This document shows positions 1 to 8,884 of a DNA stretch of 20,000 nt, piece after piece. The notes beneath the pieces are model-generated. The model made no database searches. It had not been told where the DNA came from and saw nothing but the letters and a program-made list of their open reading frames with translations. A program made the translations under genes and the position numbers. Source of the DNA: an uncultured virus (IMG/VR IMGVR_UViG_3300042997_000753) (lineage: Duplodnaviria; Heunggongvirae; Uroviricota; Caudoviricetes); the IMG/VR virus record IMGVR_UViG_3300042997_000753; one strand, 5' to 3'. The number at the start of each line of letters is the position of its first letter. Positions within the stretch are counted from its first letter, which is position 1.

Positions 1-3000
1 GCTAGCACCCGGTAGAATAATAGTTAAAAAACCAACACCTATTCTATATACTGTGTCGCGATAGGTTGGAGATCCTACGGCTATCACTGATCCGACACAG
101 TCTACACTAGAACCAAATGATTCCCAGTCTTGCAGGTCTGTAACATATAATTTTTCTGTTAGGTGATATGTTTGATCTTTTCTTTCAAACACATAGACCT
201 GTCCTGTATTACCTTCGTCGGAACTAAATGTGGTGTTTGTATTATCAAAGGAAGTAGAACCTTGATCATATATTGTAAACAGGTTGAAACTGGCATTTGT
301 GGCGCCAACAACTATTTTTTCCGTTGCAGGACTTATACTGATAGCAGAACCAAAATATTCGTTGGTATAATTTTCGTGGCTAATTAATCTTTGTTTTAAT
401 CTATAAGAAACGCTATCTAATTGATCTGACTTAAACACAAACACTGCACCTTGATCAGTAGATTTTACATCTGCCAACGGACTGCTGGCAATAATTGTAG
501 TTCCGTTATAGTCAATGTCTACTGCTGCTCCAAATTTGTCTCCAGTATTTAGATTGTCAATATTTAAAACATCACTAATTTCAGTTAATGACCCGGCGGT
601 AATTGTTTGCGCTAGTTCATAGACATCGCTAGAATTTCGTTTATAGATAAAGATCTTGCCAGAAGAGTCTGTGGATACCGTATCAATTTCAAACCATAAT
701 CTAAATGGATTGTTTTGTTCATCTGTTAGATAAACGTTAAACGATTGATTGTAAGTAGCTGGGCTTTGACCTTTACTAGAAACTATTAAAGTACTATCTT
801 GCAGGGCAGAATCTGCTGTATTTTCTTCAACTACGTCAGTTAATCTGTAGTAAACATTTTGATATTTAACTACATCATCTTCGTAATAGGTTTGATAATT
901 TACCCATAATCCTTTATAGTTGGCAATATAAATTCCGTCACTTTCAGGAGCTCCGACTACTAAAATCCCACCATCTCGACTCATGGCTTGGCTTTGGCCA
1001 AACTTATCTCCGGCTTTAATTAATTCTGCAAACTGGTATGATTTCCATCTTGCTTTACCTGTGCCAGATCCAACTCCAGTAGCTTTGAATGTAAGACCGT
1101 CTCCGGATGCAGGATTATTACCAATAAGTTGAAAATTTGTAGTTCCATAATCTTCAATAGTGTAAATTTCTCCTACTATAAAATTTCCAGCTGTGACTAA
1201 AGGATATACTGATCCTAGAATAGCTGTGGAACTGTCTTGTAAAATTGGAAGAATATTTCCACTGTCAATCAAGGCAATGTTTGATGGCAGTGAAACTTCA
1301 GTTACTGATTCATCTAAGACTTGCCAAGAATTACTAGTGGATAAATCAAGTGATGTTCCGTCACCGTAGGTGTCTTCTAGTGCCTGATATATTCTTCCTT
1401 CATACCAAACTTTAGATCCTTGACTGTAAATAGAACTAGCACTATTGGTATACAGTCCTCGATACTCAGGATCTCCCAACTGTTTCCAACCAACCGTTGC
1501 TGTGCTAATTAAGGTATGCGAACTTGAATCATCTATACCAAAATCTTTAAGATCGATTTCTGTTCCAGCCGTAGCGGTTACCACTGAAGTTGCTAATTGT
1601 ATAACAGTATCTGTAATTCTTATTGCATATAAGATTGTGTAATCTTCAGGTGGAGGAGGAGATGTAGCTAGAGATTTATCATCTCCGGCATATGTGCCGT
1701 TGAGATATCTTACCAGTTGTCCGGTTATAAGATTATGATTTCTTGAAAATGTAATTGTATTCACTGCATAATTTACAGCACTAGTTCCATTAAACGTTAG
1801 AATCTGTGTGGTTGATCCTGCTGTTGTGCCAGTGTATTTGTAAAGATAAACTCTACCTAGGTCGTTGAGAGATCCCGGTGCAGAGACTGACATATAATAA
1901 TTTGCTCCAGAAACTCCAATAGAAATACTTGATCCAAATTTTTCATTTGCCTCAATTCGAGGGCTAAGGATTGTATGTTGCAATTCCCATGCATTATTTT
2001 TTCGTTTGTATAAAACTACCATGCCTTGATGTATTGGGCCTACTGCTCCCGATGCATTAGCATAGACTATATCAACCAGTTTCCAATCTTCATTTCTAAA
2101 ATTCACAGACAATGTGTTCAGAGTATTGGTGCTGCCATCACCGGGCTGTTGATCGTTTGTGGCTTCCCATAATTTTCCATTTTGCAACACTATATCGCCG
2201 GCACGATAAGATGCTGCTGGTATAAGTGGATCTATATAGCTGTCCTCGTAAATTCCTTTGAATCTACTAGGTACTCCAGAAGCCAAAGGAGCTCCTACTG
2301 CTAACCAAACATTATCAGGACTGATAGCAATGGCGTCTCCAAAACTATTTGCCGTTGTATTTGTAAATTCAGTCTCTGGTTGTAGTATTTCTTTTACAGA
2401 CAATCCTGTGGCAGTTTCCGAGTACACCATTACAGAGTTGGCAGATGGTATACCTGTGATAACCTGTTTGAGGTTGGCAGCATATACCACAGCTCTTCCT
2501 GTATTTCTAGGATCTGTGGCTCCAAAATTGGTGATTGTTTTTTCAGCGTACAATCTTTGTTTTTCAACAACTTCCCAATTGCCCACAGTTTCGTCGGCGT
2601 TGTCGATCCATAATTTTGATCCTTGCTTTAACAGGGCAGCGGTTTGATCTCCAATATCCTGATAAGAATCAAATCTAGATTGCGTCAACAAATATATGTT
2701 GTATTGTATAGAGCTGATGTCTGGGGCGGCTGGCGTAGGTCCAGCGGCTGCTTGAACAGCAAAGGTATAATCAGTCACCGCTACAACTTTGTAAAATCCA
2801 GTAAAATTTTCAATGTCTTTTATGCCTACAATTTCATCCAAGACTAATCCGTGTTTTTGGTTCACGGTTACAGTAACTACGTTCGTGGCAGAATCTTTGA
2901 CAATGTCTTCAATTGTTAGAGCAGTAGAGAGATTTAATCTCAACACTGTCCAAGATGCATTATCAAAAGTAACCCATATGTGAGAATTTTCAACCAAGGA

Positions 3001-6000
3001 TGAAATATCCAGTGATAATATGTCGTCTCTTGATCTAACAAATAACTCTATTTGATCTGTTTTAACATATCCGGCATTTCTAGTAATTCCTTGATAGTTG
3101 GTCAACGGATTAATGTCAACACTGTAAGGAATCAAGGACCTAGTAAAATTAGTTTGATTTACTCTTAGATATTTGTCCGATAAATTTTTAGAAATTGGGC
3201 CGTTAGTAATAACTATGGCCTGTGGATTTACCAACAGATTATCTTTGACAATTTCAAATTCTATTTCATTGAGTTGGTCTAGGCCCCCTAGTCTACCAAC
3301 ATTAAAAGCCCATTCTTCATCTAGTACAATACTATCGGCAGTGATTCTACTGAGCTTGTCAAAAACTTTGACCACAGCGTTAGCTGTGCCTTTTTCTCTG
3401 ATAAAGCCTTGATACAATTTAAATTGAGTGACATTATCTTCTGCAAGATTCTGTAGGTATTCTCTAGTTTGATATCCTATTAGATGTCTTGCTAGCTCTC
3501 GCTGACTGGCGCCGGCTCCGTCAGCGTCTACGTTATAATAATCTTCAAATTGACTAACTCTAACATCAAAATTGCTGATCAGTCCTTTGGCAGGGGTTGT
3601 ATCTAATTTGGTCCAATTACTGTCATTAAATTGAATAGATCCCTGTTGATTTACTAGACTGGTCCAATTGTAAGATTTGTAATTGACGATGTCGCCTAGT
3701 TTATAATCAGTAAAGGGTTGCCAGATCTGTATATTAACATTGTCAAATAAGAATCCCGGACTTGTATAATCGCCGTCCCAGTCAACTGTGCGGAATCCAC
3801 GACTCTTGATACGTTCTTGACGATAGCCCGTTGGCTTATCATATAACACATCATTAAACACTGTACGATCATCAAAAATTGTTACGTGTTCTTTCAAAAC
3901 AAAATAACATCTAAAAAAGTATATGCCGTCCGAGTCGTTGACAACATCCACCGTTAATTTTTTAAACTCTCTGTTGACATTTATAAATTCCACAGGCAGA
4001 ATGGTCCCATCAACTTTTAAAATATTATAATCATAAAAGCTATCGAGCAGATTGTCAGCAACTCCGATGTCAATGTTTAATTCTATTTTTGCAGCAGCAG
4101 GACTCAACGTGATTAATGAGCTGTCAGCCCATTGGTGTTTTGACCAAAACAATAATTCTTTTATTGAAGTAATCCAATCTTTGGCTGATTCTAGATTGCC
4201 ATCATAACCGGTAAATTCAAATCCCTGTGATTGTAGATATGCATCATAACCTATGATAAAATCTGCGATTTCTTGTAGAGTTGAAAATATTGTTCCGTAG
4301 GGTATTTCTTGTACCGTGGCTGTATTTACAGTTCTTCTTCTAAAAACTTCTACTGCACCTACCAACGGCAATTTTGCTATTCTTTGCCAAAATTGTACAT
4401 CAAAATCTATGCCACTGGTGTGAGATTTAATACATCTGTAAAAAATATCGGCTACTCTAATTATTGTTCCATTGCCAAAAATCTTGTTAGATTCCCAGTC
4501 GATGAAATTTTCACTGACACCACCTACTGATAGCAAAGGATCATTGGTGCTTTTAACAGCTTCAAAATATTTAAAGTAAGGTTCACTGATGTCATAACCA
4601 AAAAGTTTAAAACCACCAGCCAGTTTTTCAATCACTACTGCACTATAACTTGGACTAGAAATTGGTGCGCTAATGTTAAAATTAATATCATAATTTTCTT
4701 GAGGAAGAAAAATATTGCTAGTGCTGGCGCTGGGATTTTTACTATCTAAAATATATTTTTGTTGACTTTGATCTACAAATCCACTTAATCTAGTAGACAA
4801 ATTAACATCTAAATTATCTATTTTCTTTTGCAGCACTGATTCAGTCAGTCCCCTCGATCTTAAATAATCTACAACATAATTTACAAGGCCAGAAGTTTGA
4901 TTGCCTCCAGATGTTGGAACAATAATATCCGAATTCTTAAAGAATAAATTTGTATTTTTATTAACTGTTTGACCAATTTTGTTAACTTTGATTCTAGATT
5001 TATCAAGAGTTTCAATGATAAATTCGTAAGGTCTCATTAGACATAGTGCCAGCATAATAACAAATGGATAATCACTGCTACTACGCCAGGCGTATTCCAC
5101 TGGGGCTATGTCACCAAATTTAAATGTGCCTTTATTGTTGTATAAAACAAAATTAGTAGCTGCTCCCGATTCAAATGGGCTTAATAGGTTACCGTCTCCG
5201 TCTACAGGAATATGATTTAGCAGTGTAGCTCTTTTGTATCTATCATAAATTCCTGCTCGAGATCCTTGGCGGATTATACCAGCAGCTAGATCTTCCCACA
5301 GTAGTAAATTATTTTTTGTATATGGTGCTGAACCGTATTGGTCTTCCCACCAGCTAGGTTGTTGACTAAATCCCAACATTTCCCAGGGACAACGATGTGG
5401 TCTATCAGTATCATACAACCAAGTATACACTCCTCTCCACCATCCAGGTAAATTTAACTGCCCGGTAGGATCCCCCATATTTGAATAGGTGTAGGTAAAA
5501 GAATCTTCACTATCAAAAAATGTGTTAGTTAGATAGTCTACATTTGTTTCACTAAACCATCTTAGAAATTCAGAACTGATTACGCTGTCTAAATCTTGTT
5601 TAGTGTATGTAGATGATCCGTAGTATCCTCCAAGAATATTATCTTGACTAAACAAATCTTCTGTATATTCTTGTTTAATGTTATTGTAGATTCGTTTTTC
5701 TAATTCTAATAATACATCATCTCGGAAATCACCGTAGGCTACTGTGATACTGCCATCGTGACCTCGAATAACATTGATAGGAGTTACGTAGGTATCATCT
5801 AAAAACAAAGACGGAATATAGGTTTTATATAAACCTAATTTTGAAGGAGTTGGCGGAATAAAACAGAAACTTGAAGAAACATATTCTTTTATTTGAATAA
5901 TATCTCCTTGTGTTAGTGCTTTGGAAATACTAACAAATCCAAACGTATCATTAAATGTATAATCGATACCATGAATCAACTGCACATTGTTAATATAGAT

Positions 6001-8880
6001 ATATACTGCTGTTCTGCTAAGTTGGGTTAAGTTAAATTTTGCGTTTAATGCAAAAGTTATAATTTCTGTGTCTTCTACAACGTATTCTTTGAGATTGTAG
6101 GCGCCGCTGCCCACCATATCAGAATCTGCAAATGCATCTTTTTGCGTTTTAACTTTAGACATAGTGGCCAATATTTCATCAACAAATCCAACAGGATCTA
6201 GATTATATATGGCGGTTTCAGCAAATTTAATAAAGTTATTTTTAAATTCTGTATAAGATTTTTTTGCGTACTGAATAGATTTAATAACGTTTACGTGTTT
6301 GTCGCACAGTAACATTATTGCTGTAGGAGTAATTCCTGAATGTTTTAGAAATCTTCTTGAAAGATTTTGATATCCGGTAAGATCTCTTAGATTACTCGAG
6401 CCTGGATATGATCCGTTAAATTGATCAAATAAGTCTAGCGCCGTTGAAACATGATCGACTGCCTGTCCTAGAGTAAATGTTTTTACTTCGCTGTTCAGAG
6501 GATTTTTTTCAAGTCCTACTGGAATCTCATAATATCCCAAGTGAGGATCTGCATCTGCAAAAACTTTAATTGTAACAATGTCATTTATTTTAAAACTGGT
6601 AGGAAACGTAAAAATATTCTGATTTCTAGTGTAGCTTCCAGAATATTTTATTCCGTTAACGTAGATTAAAATTTTAGAAATCTCATCGTCTTGAACGTCT
6701 GTCCATTTGATACCATTGCTAACAATTTGTGTTGAAACTTCAGTAACTGTGGTACTGTAAATTACCGGTTGTAAGTATGTTCGATCAGATTTAAGCCATC
6801 CGTTGGCATAACTTCCAGTATGTGTAAATTTGTAATAACCTTGTCTAATTGTCTTGTTGAATACTTTTTTGTCAAAATTATAATTAAATGTATCTACATC
6901 CCAGTCAAAATTAAATTCAATATCTCCTACATTGTTGATATTTAGATAACTTAAGCTAAATCCTAATTCGGTATCAACAATACTGTTTCCAACTTTATAG
7001 CTTACTAGTTTAGTTCCTAAGAAACTGCTAACAGGATATGTGTCCATGTCTCCGTAACTGACACCATTATCGTCAAATACATCAAATAACGGACTTTGAT
7101 TTACTGCGGTTTTCTTTTGACTGGCTACCCAAGATGTACCGTTAAAGTGATACATTATTCCTTTGTTTAATAGGCCGCGTCTAACAAACACTCCGTCACC
7201 GATGGTAGAAGTTGCGTCGGTAGTTTCTACTAAATTGATTTGTCTACGGTTATTGTGAATTATAAAGTTCACTGTGTAAATTCTATTATTGGCTAATGTG
7301 TCGGTATCTGCTGTGACCAATAATCTAGCACCATTAAATAATTCTTCACCGTCGACATTGTATCCAATACTGCCTTCTATGGTTGAAAATACGTCGGTGG
7401 TAAAAGTATCAATAAAATCAACTGGCGTTTTTGCTAGGCTACCGTGATTGAATAACTGCAGATTTGAAGAAAATTCAATAATAGGTCTTTTGGCTCTCGC
7501 TGTTTCAATCGAATCAAACTCGCTATCGTTAAAACTGTGTGCCTGTTCTAGAACCGATCGGTGAAACCATCTGTTGTATCTACTCCAAGGATTTGAATCT
7601 TGGCTGGCTCTATTAATTGTAATATAGTCTTTGAATTCTGGATATGTGGCCGCATCATCAAAGGGCTCTGTGTCAAATCCGCCATCGTCAAACAACACTT
7701 CTAGACTTGTTGTGCTAAGGGTCGGGGGAGATAAATCTTGAAATCTAATTAATCTAATAGATTCTCCAACACCTTCTATTACCCAAGTGTCTGCGGAATA
7801 TTTTGTAGGTGTTACTAGACCAGAAAATCTAACTTTCATACCGTTGGTAAATGTAATACCATTACTGCTGACATATGTGGTTTTACCAATAACTTCGTTA
7901 GTGATATCAATTTTGGTATTTGATTCAATATCAGCAACAAGGAATCTACCAAATCTATTAATATCTGTGGCGCTTTGATAAAATAATACATCGGGTGCAT
8001 CTAACGGTACAGTAAAAGTCAAAGTACCATTAGTTGCTCCTTGCCCGGTAATTCCTGTATTATAGTCTAATGCAGTAGCTTGACTAGCTGCTTCGATATA
8101 TTCCCAATCTTGACTATCTTCGTCTATGGTACTTCCATCAGTTACAGGAATAAAAGTTTTAGCTTTCCATAACTTGTTATTGAATACTGCAAATTGACCT
8201 TGCTGATATGGTAGATAAGGTTTGTAAATTAATGATCCAGTATCATAGGCAGTTTTAATAACAAACCCTTCGCCCGGTGCATTGACCTGAAATTTGTAGG
8301 TTTGTCCTCTATAGAGTGTGAGAGAGGGATTTAACGACAGACCGTCTGGGAAAAATACCCAAGATGATCCTACTCCTAATCTTACTCTATATGTGCTGGT
8401 TATAGACTGTCGTTGACCAAATACTGTGATAGGTGGAGGACCATCCGGCACCCAATAGTATTCACGAAAATTTACAAACTTGTCCCAATCGATCGGAGGA
8501 TTCCAAGAATAGTGATCTTGATCTGTGATTAAATCATCTCTTTCTAGATTGTTGCCAAAAAATTTCAATTGATTTTTAAAATCTATATAATCATAAAAAT
8601 TTTCTACTTTGTCTTTTTCTTTGATTGTAACACCAGGTTCTAATTGATATCTACTTCTAAGAGTTGCATCTGTGTCTAAGTATACGTCCGAACCATTATA
8701 AGTTTTACCGTATCTACGGCCTACATAACCAACTGTTTTAGATAACGTACCAGGTTGAACCAAGGGATCAACAACTGCAGACATAAATTTTGCATTAGTT
8801 TCAGTTTGAAAGACTTCTGGTAGAAGTTCTACAGTTCTGCGAATTGGTAACTGACTTTGAGGGAAAATATCTTTTGCCAT
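1..8880 (-). CDS. Giant baseplate wedge / virion adhesin protein (gp7/gpI-like core), >=2960 aa, 3' end beyond window
   Basis: ATG at 8880 lies 4 nt after the gp6 stop. Manual translation MAKDIFPQSQLPIRRTVELLPEVFQTETNAKFMSAVVDPLVQPG... stays open to base 1, and the track shows no minus-strand ORF here, consistent with no in-frame stop. It contains LARHLIGY...YQGFIREKGTANAV (gp7/P2 gpI-type KGT motif, about 3370-3500), FG-GAP repeats and CBM5/12-like modules. Its position after gp25-gp6 fits gp7. The CDS is secure; the gp7 label is inference. Confidence 0.85.
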   Translation of the reverse strand, partial: MAKDIFPQSQLPIRRTVELLPEVFQTETNAKFMSAVVDPLVQPGTLSKTVGYVGRRYGKTYNGSDVYLDTDATLRSRYQLEPGVTIKEKDKVENFYDYIDFKNQLKFFGNNLERDDLITDQDHYSWNPPIDWDKFVNFREYYWVPDGPPPITVFGQRQSITSTYRVRLGVGSSWVFFPDGLSLNPSLTLYRGQTYKFQVNAPGEGFVIKTAYDTGSLIYKPYLPYQQGQFAVFNNKLWKAKTFIPVTDGSTIDEDSQDWEYIEAASQATALDYNTGITGQGATNGTLTFTVPLDAPDVLFYQSATDINRFGRFLVADIESNTKIDITNEVIGKTTYVSSNGITFTNGMKVRFSGLVTPTKYSADTWVIEGVGESIRLIRFQDLSPPTLSTTSLEVLFDDGGFDTEPFDDAATYPEFKDYITINRASQDSNPWSRYNRWFHRSVLEQAHSFNDSEFDSIETARAKRPIIEFSSNLQLFNHGSLAKTPVDFIDTFTTDVFSTIEGSIGYNVDGEELFNGARLLVTADTDTLANNRIYTVNFIIHNNRRQINLVETTDATSTIGDGVFVRRGLLNKGIMYHFNGTSWVASQKKTAVNQSPLFDVFDDNGVSYGDMDTYPVSSFLGTKLVSYKVGNSIVDTELGFSLSYLNINNVGDIEFNFDWDVDTFNYNFDKKVFNKTIRQGYYKFTHTGSYANGWLKSDRTYLQPVIYSTTVTEVSTQIVSNGIKWTDVQDDEISKILIYVNGIKYSGSYTRNQNIFTFPTSFKINDIVTIKVFADADPHLGYYEIPVGLEKNPLNSEVKTFTLGQAVDHVSTALDLFDQFNGSYPGSSNLRDLTGYQNLSRRFLKHSGITPTAIMLLCDKHVNVIKSIQYAKKSYTEFKNNFIKFAETAIYNLDPVGFVDEILATMSKVKTQKDAFADSDMVGSGAYNLKEYVVEDTEIITFALNAKFNLTQLSRTAVYIYINNVQLIHGIDYTFNDTFGFVSISKALTQGDIIQIKEYVSSSFCFIPPTPSKLGLYKTYIPSLFLDDTYVTPINVIRGHDGSITVAYGDFRDDVLLELEKRIYNNIKQEYTEDLFSQDNILGGYYGSSTYTKQDLDSVISSEFLRWFSETNVDYLTNTFFDSEDSFTYTYSNMGDPTGQLNLPGWWRGVYTWLYDTDRPHRCPWEMLGFSQQPSWWEDQYGSAPYTKNNLLLWEDLAAGIIRQGSRAGIYDRYKRATLLNHIPVDGDGNLLSPFESGAATNFVLYNNKGTFKFGDIAPVEYAWRSSSDYPFVIMLALCLMRPYEFIIETLDKSRIKVNKIGQTVNKNTNLFFKNSDIIVPTSGGNQTSGLVNYVVDYLRSRGLTESVLQKKIDNLDVNLSTRLSGFVDQSQQKYILDSKNPSASTSNIFLPQENYDINFNISAPISSPSYSAVVIEKLAGGFKLFGYDISEPYFKYFEAVKSTNDPLLSVGGVSENFIDWESNKIFGNGTIIRVADIFYRCIKSHTSGIDFDVQFWQRIAKLPLVGAVEVFRRRTVNTATVQEIPYGTIFSTLQEIADFIIGYDAYLQSQGFEFTGYDGNLESAKDWITSIKELLFWSKHQWADSSLITLSPAAAKIELNIDIGVADNLLDSFYDYNILKVDGTILPVEFINVNREFKKLTVDVVNDSDGIYFFRCYFVLKEHVTIFDDRTVFNDVLYDKPTGYRQERIKSRGFRTVDWDGDYTSPGFLFDNVNIQIWQPFTDYKLGDIVNYKSYNWTSLVNQQGSIQFNDSNWTKLDTTPAKGLISNFDVRVSQFEDYYNVDADGAGASQRELARHLIGYQTREYLQNLAEDNVTQFKLYQGFIREKGTANAVVKVFDKLSRITADSIVLDEEWAFNVGRLGGLDQLNEIEFEIVKDNLLVNPQAIVITNGPISKNLSDKYLRVNQTNFTRSLIPYSVDINPLTNYQGITRNAGYVKTDQIELFVRSRDDILSLDISSLVENSHIWVTFDNASWTVLRLNLSTALTIEDIVKDSATNVVTVTVNQKHGLVLDEIVGIKDIENFTGFYKVVAVTDYTFAVQAAAGPTPAAPDISSIQYNIYLLTQSRFDSYQDIGDQTAALLKQGSKLWIDNADETVGNWEVVEKQRLYAEKTITNFGATDPRNTGRAVVYAANLKQVITGIPSANSVMVYSETATGLSVKEILQPETEFTNTTANSFGDAIAISPDNVWLAVGAPLASGVPSRFKGIYEDSYIDPLIPAASYRAGDIVLQNGKLWEATNDQQPGDGSTNTLNTLSVNFRNEDWKLVDIVYANASGAVGPIHQGMVVLYKRKNNAWELQHTILSPRIEANEKFGSSISIGVSGANYYMSVSAPGSLNDLGRVYLYKYTGTTAGSTTQILTFNGTSAVNYAVNTITFSRNHNLITGQLVRYLNGTYAGDDKSLATSPPPPEDYTILYAIRITDTVIQLATSVVTATAGTEIDLKDFGIDDSSSHTLISTATVGWKQLGDPEYRGLYTNSASSIYSQGSKVWYEGRIYQALEDTYGDGTSLDLSTSNSWQVLDESVTEVSLPSNIALIDSGNILPILQDSSTAILGSVYPLVTAGNFIVGEIYTIEDYGTTNFQLIGNNPASGDGLTFKATGVGSGTGKARWKSYQFAELIKAGDKFGQSQAMSRDGGILVVGAPESDGIYIANYKGLWVNYQTYYEDDVVKYQNVYYRLTDVVEENTADSALQDSTLIVSSKGQSPATYNQSFNVYLTDEQNNPFRLWFEIDTVSTDSSGKIFIYKRNSSDVYELAQTITAGSLTEISDVLNIDNLNTGDKFGAAVDIDYNGTTIIASSPLADVKSTDQGAVFVFKSDQLDSVSYRLKQRLISHENYTNEYFGSAISISPATEKIVVGATNASFNLFTIYDQGSTSFDNTNTTFSSDEGNTGQVYVFERKDQTYHLTEKLYVTDLQDWESFGSSVDCVGSVIAVGSPTYRDTVYRIGVGFLTIILPGAS
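61..2520 (-). repeat. Seven FG-GAP (integrin-alpha-type) beta-propeller repeats within the giant ORF (protein-level repeat)
   Basis: Translated blades: NTGRAVVY..VITGIP (degenerate); SFGDAIAISPDNVWLAVGAP; KFGSSISIG..MSVSAPGSLNDLGRVYLY; KFGQSQAMSRDGGILVVGAP..SGKIFIY; KFGAAVDIDYNGTTIIASSP..QGAVFVF; YFGSAISISPATEKIVVGA..TGQVYVF; SFGSSVDCVGSVIAVGSP. Confidence 0.85.
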
Positions 8881-8884
8881 AATT

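Noticed and set aside
163..7978. Seven short plus-strand ORFs (63-129 aa) in the track
   Set aside because: All lie antisense to the giant minus-strand ORF, have no recognisable motifs, and read as shadow translations.
1..8884. Apparent 8.9-kb gene desert suggesting stop-codon recoding, ncRNA or pseudogene
   Set aside because: One standard-code frame is open throughout; the gap arises because the ORF has no stop inside the window. No in-frame TAG/TGA interruptions were seen in any gene.
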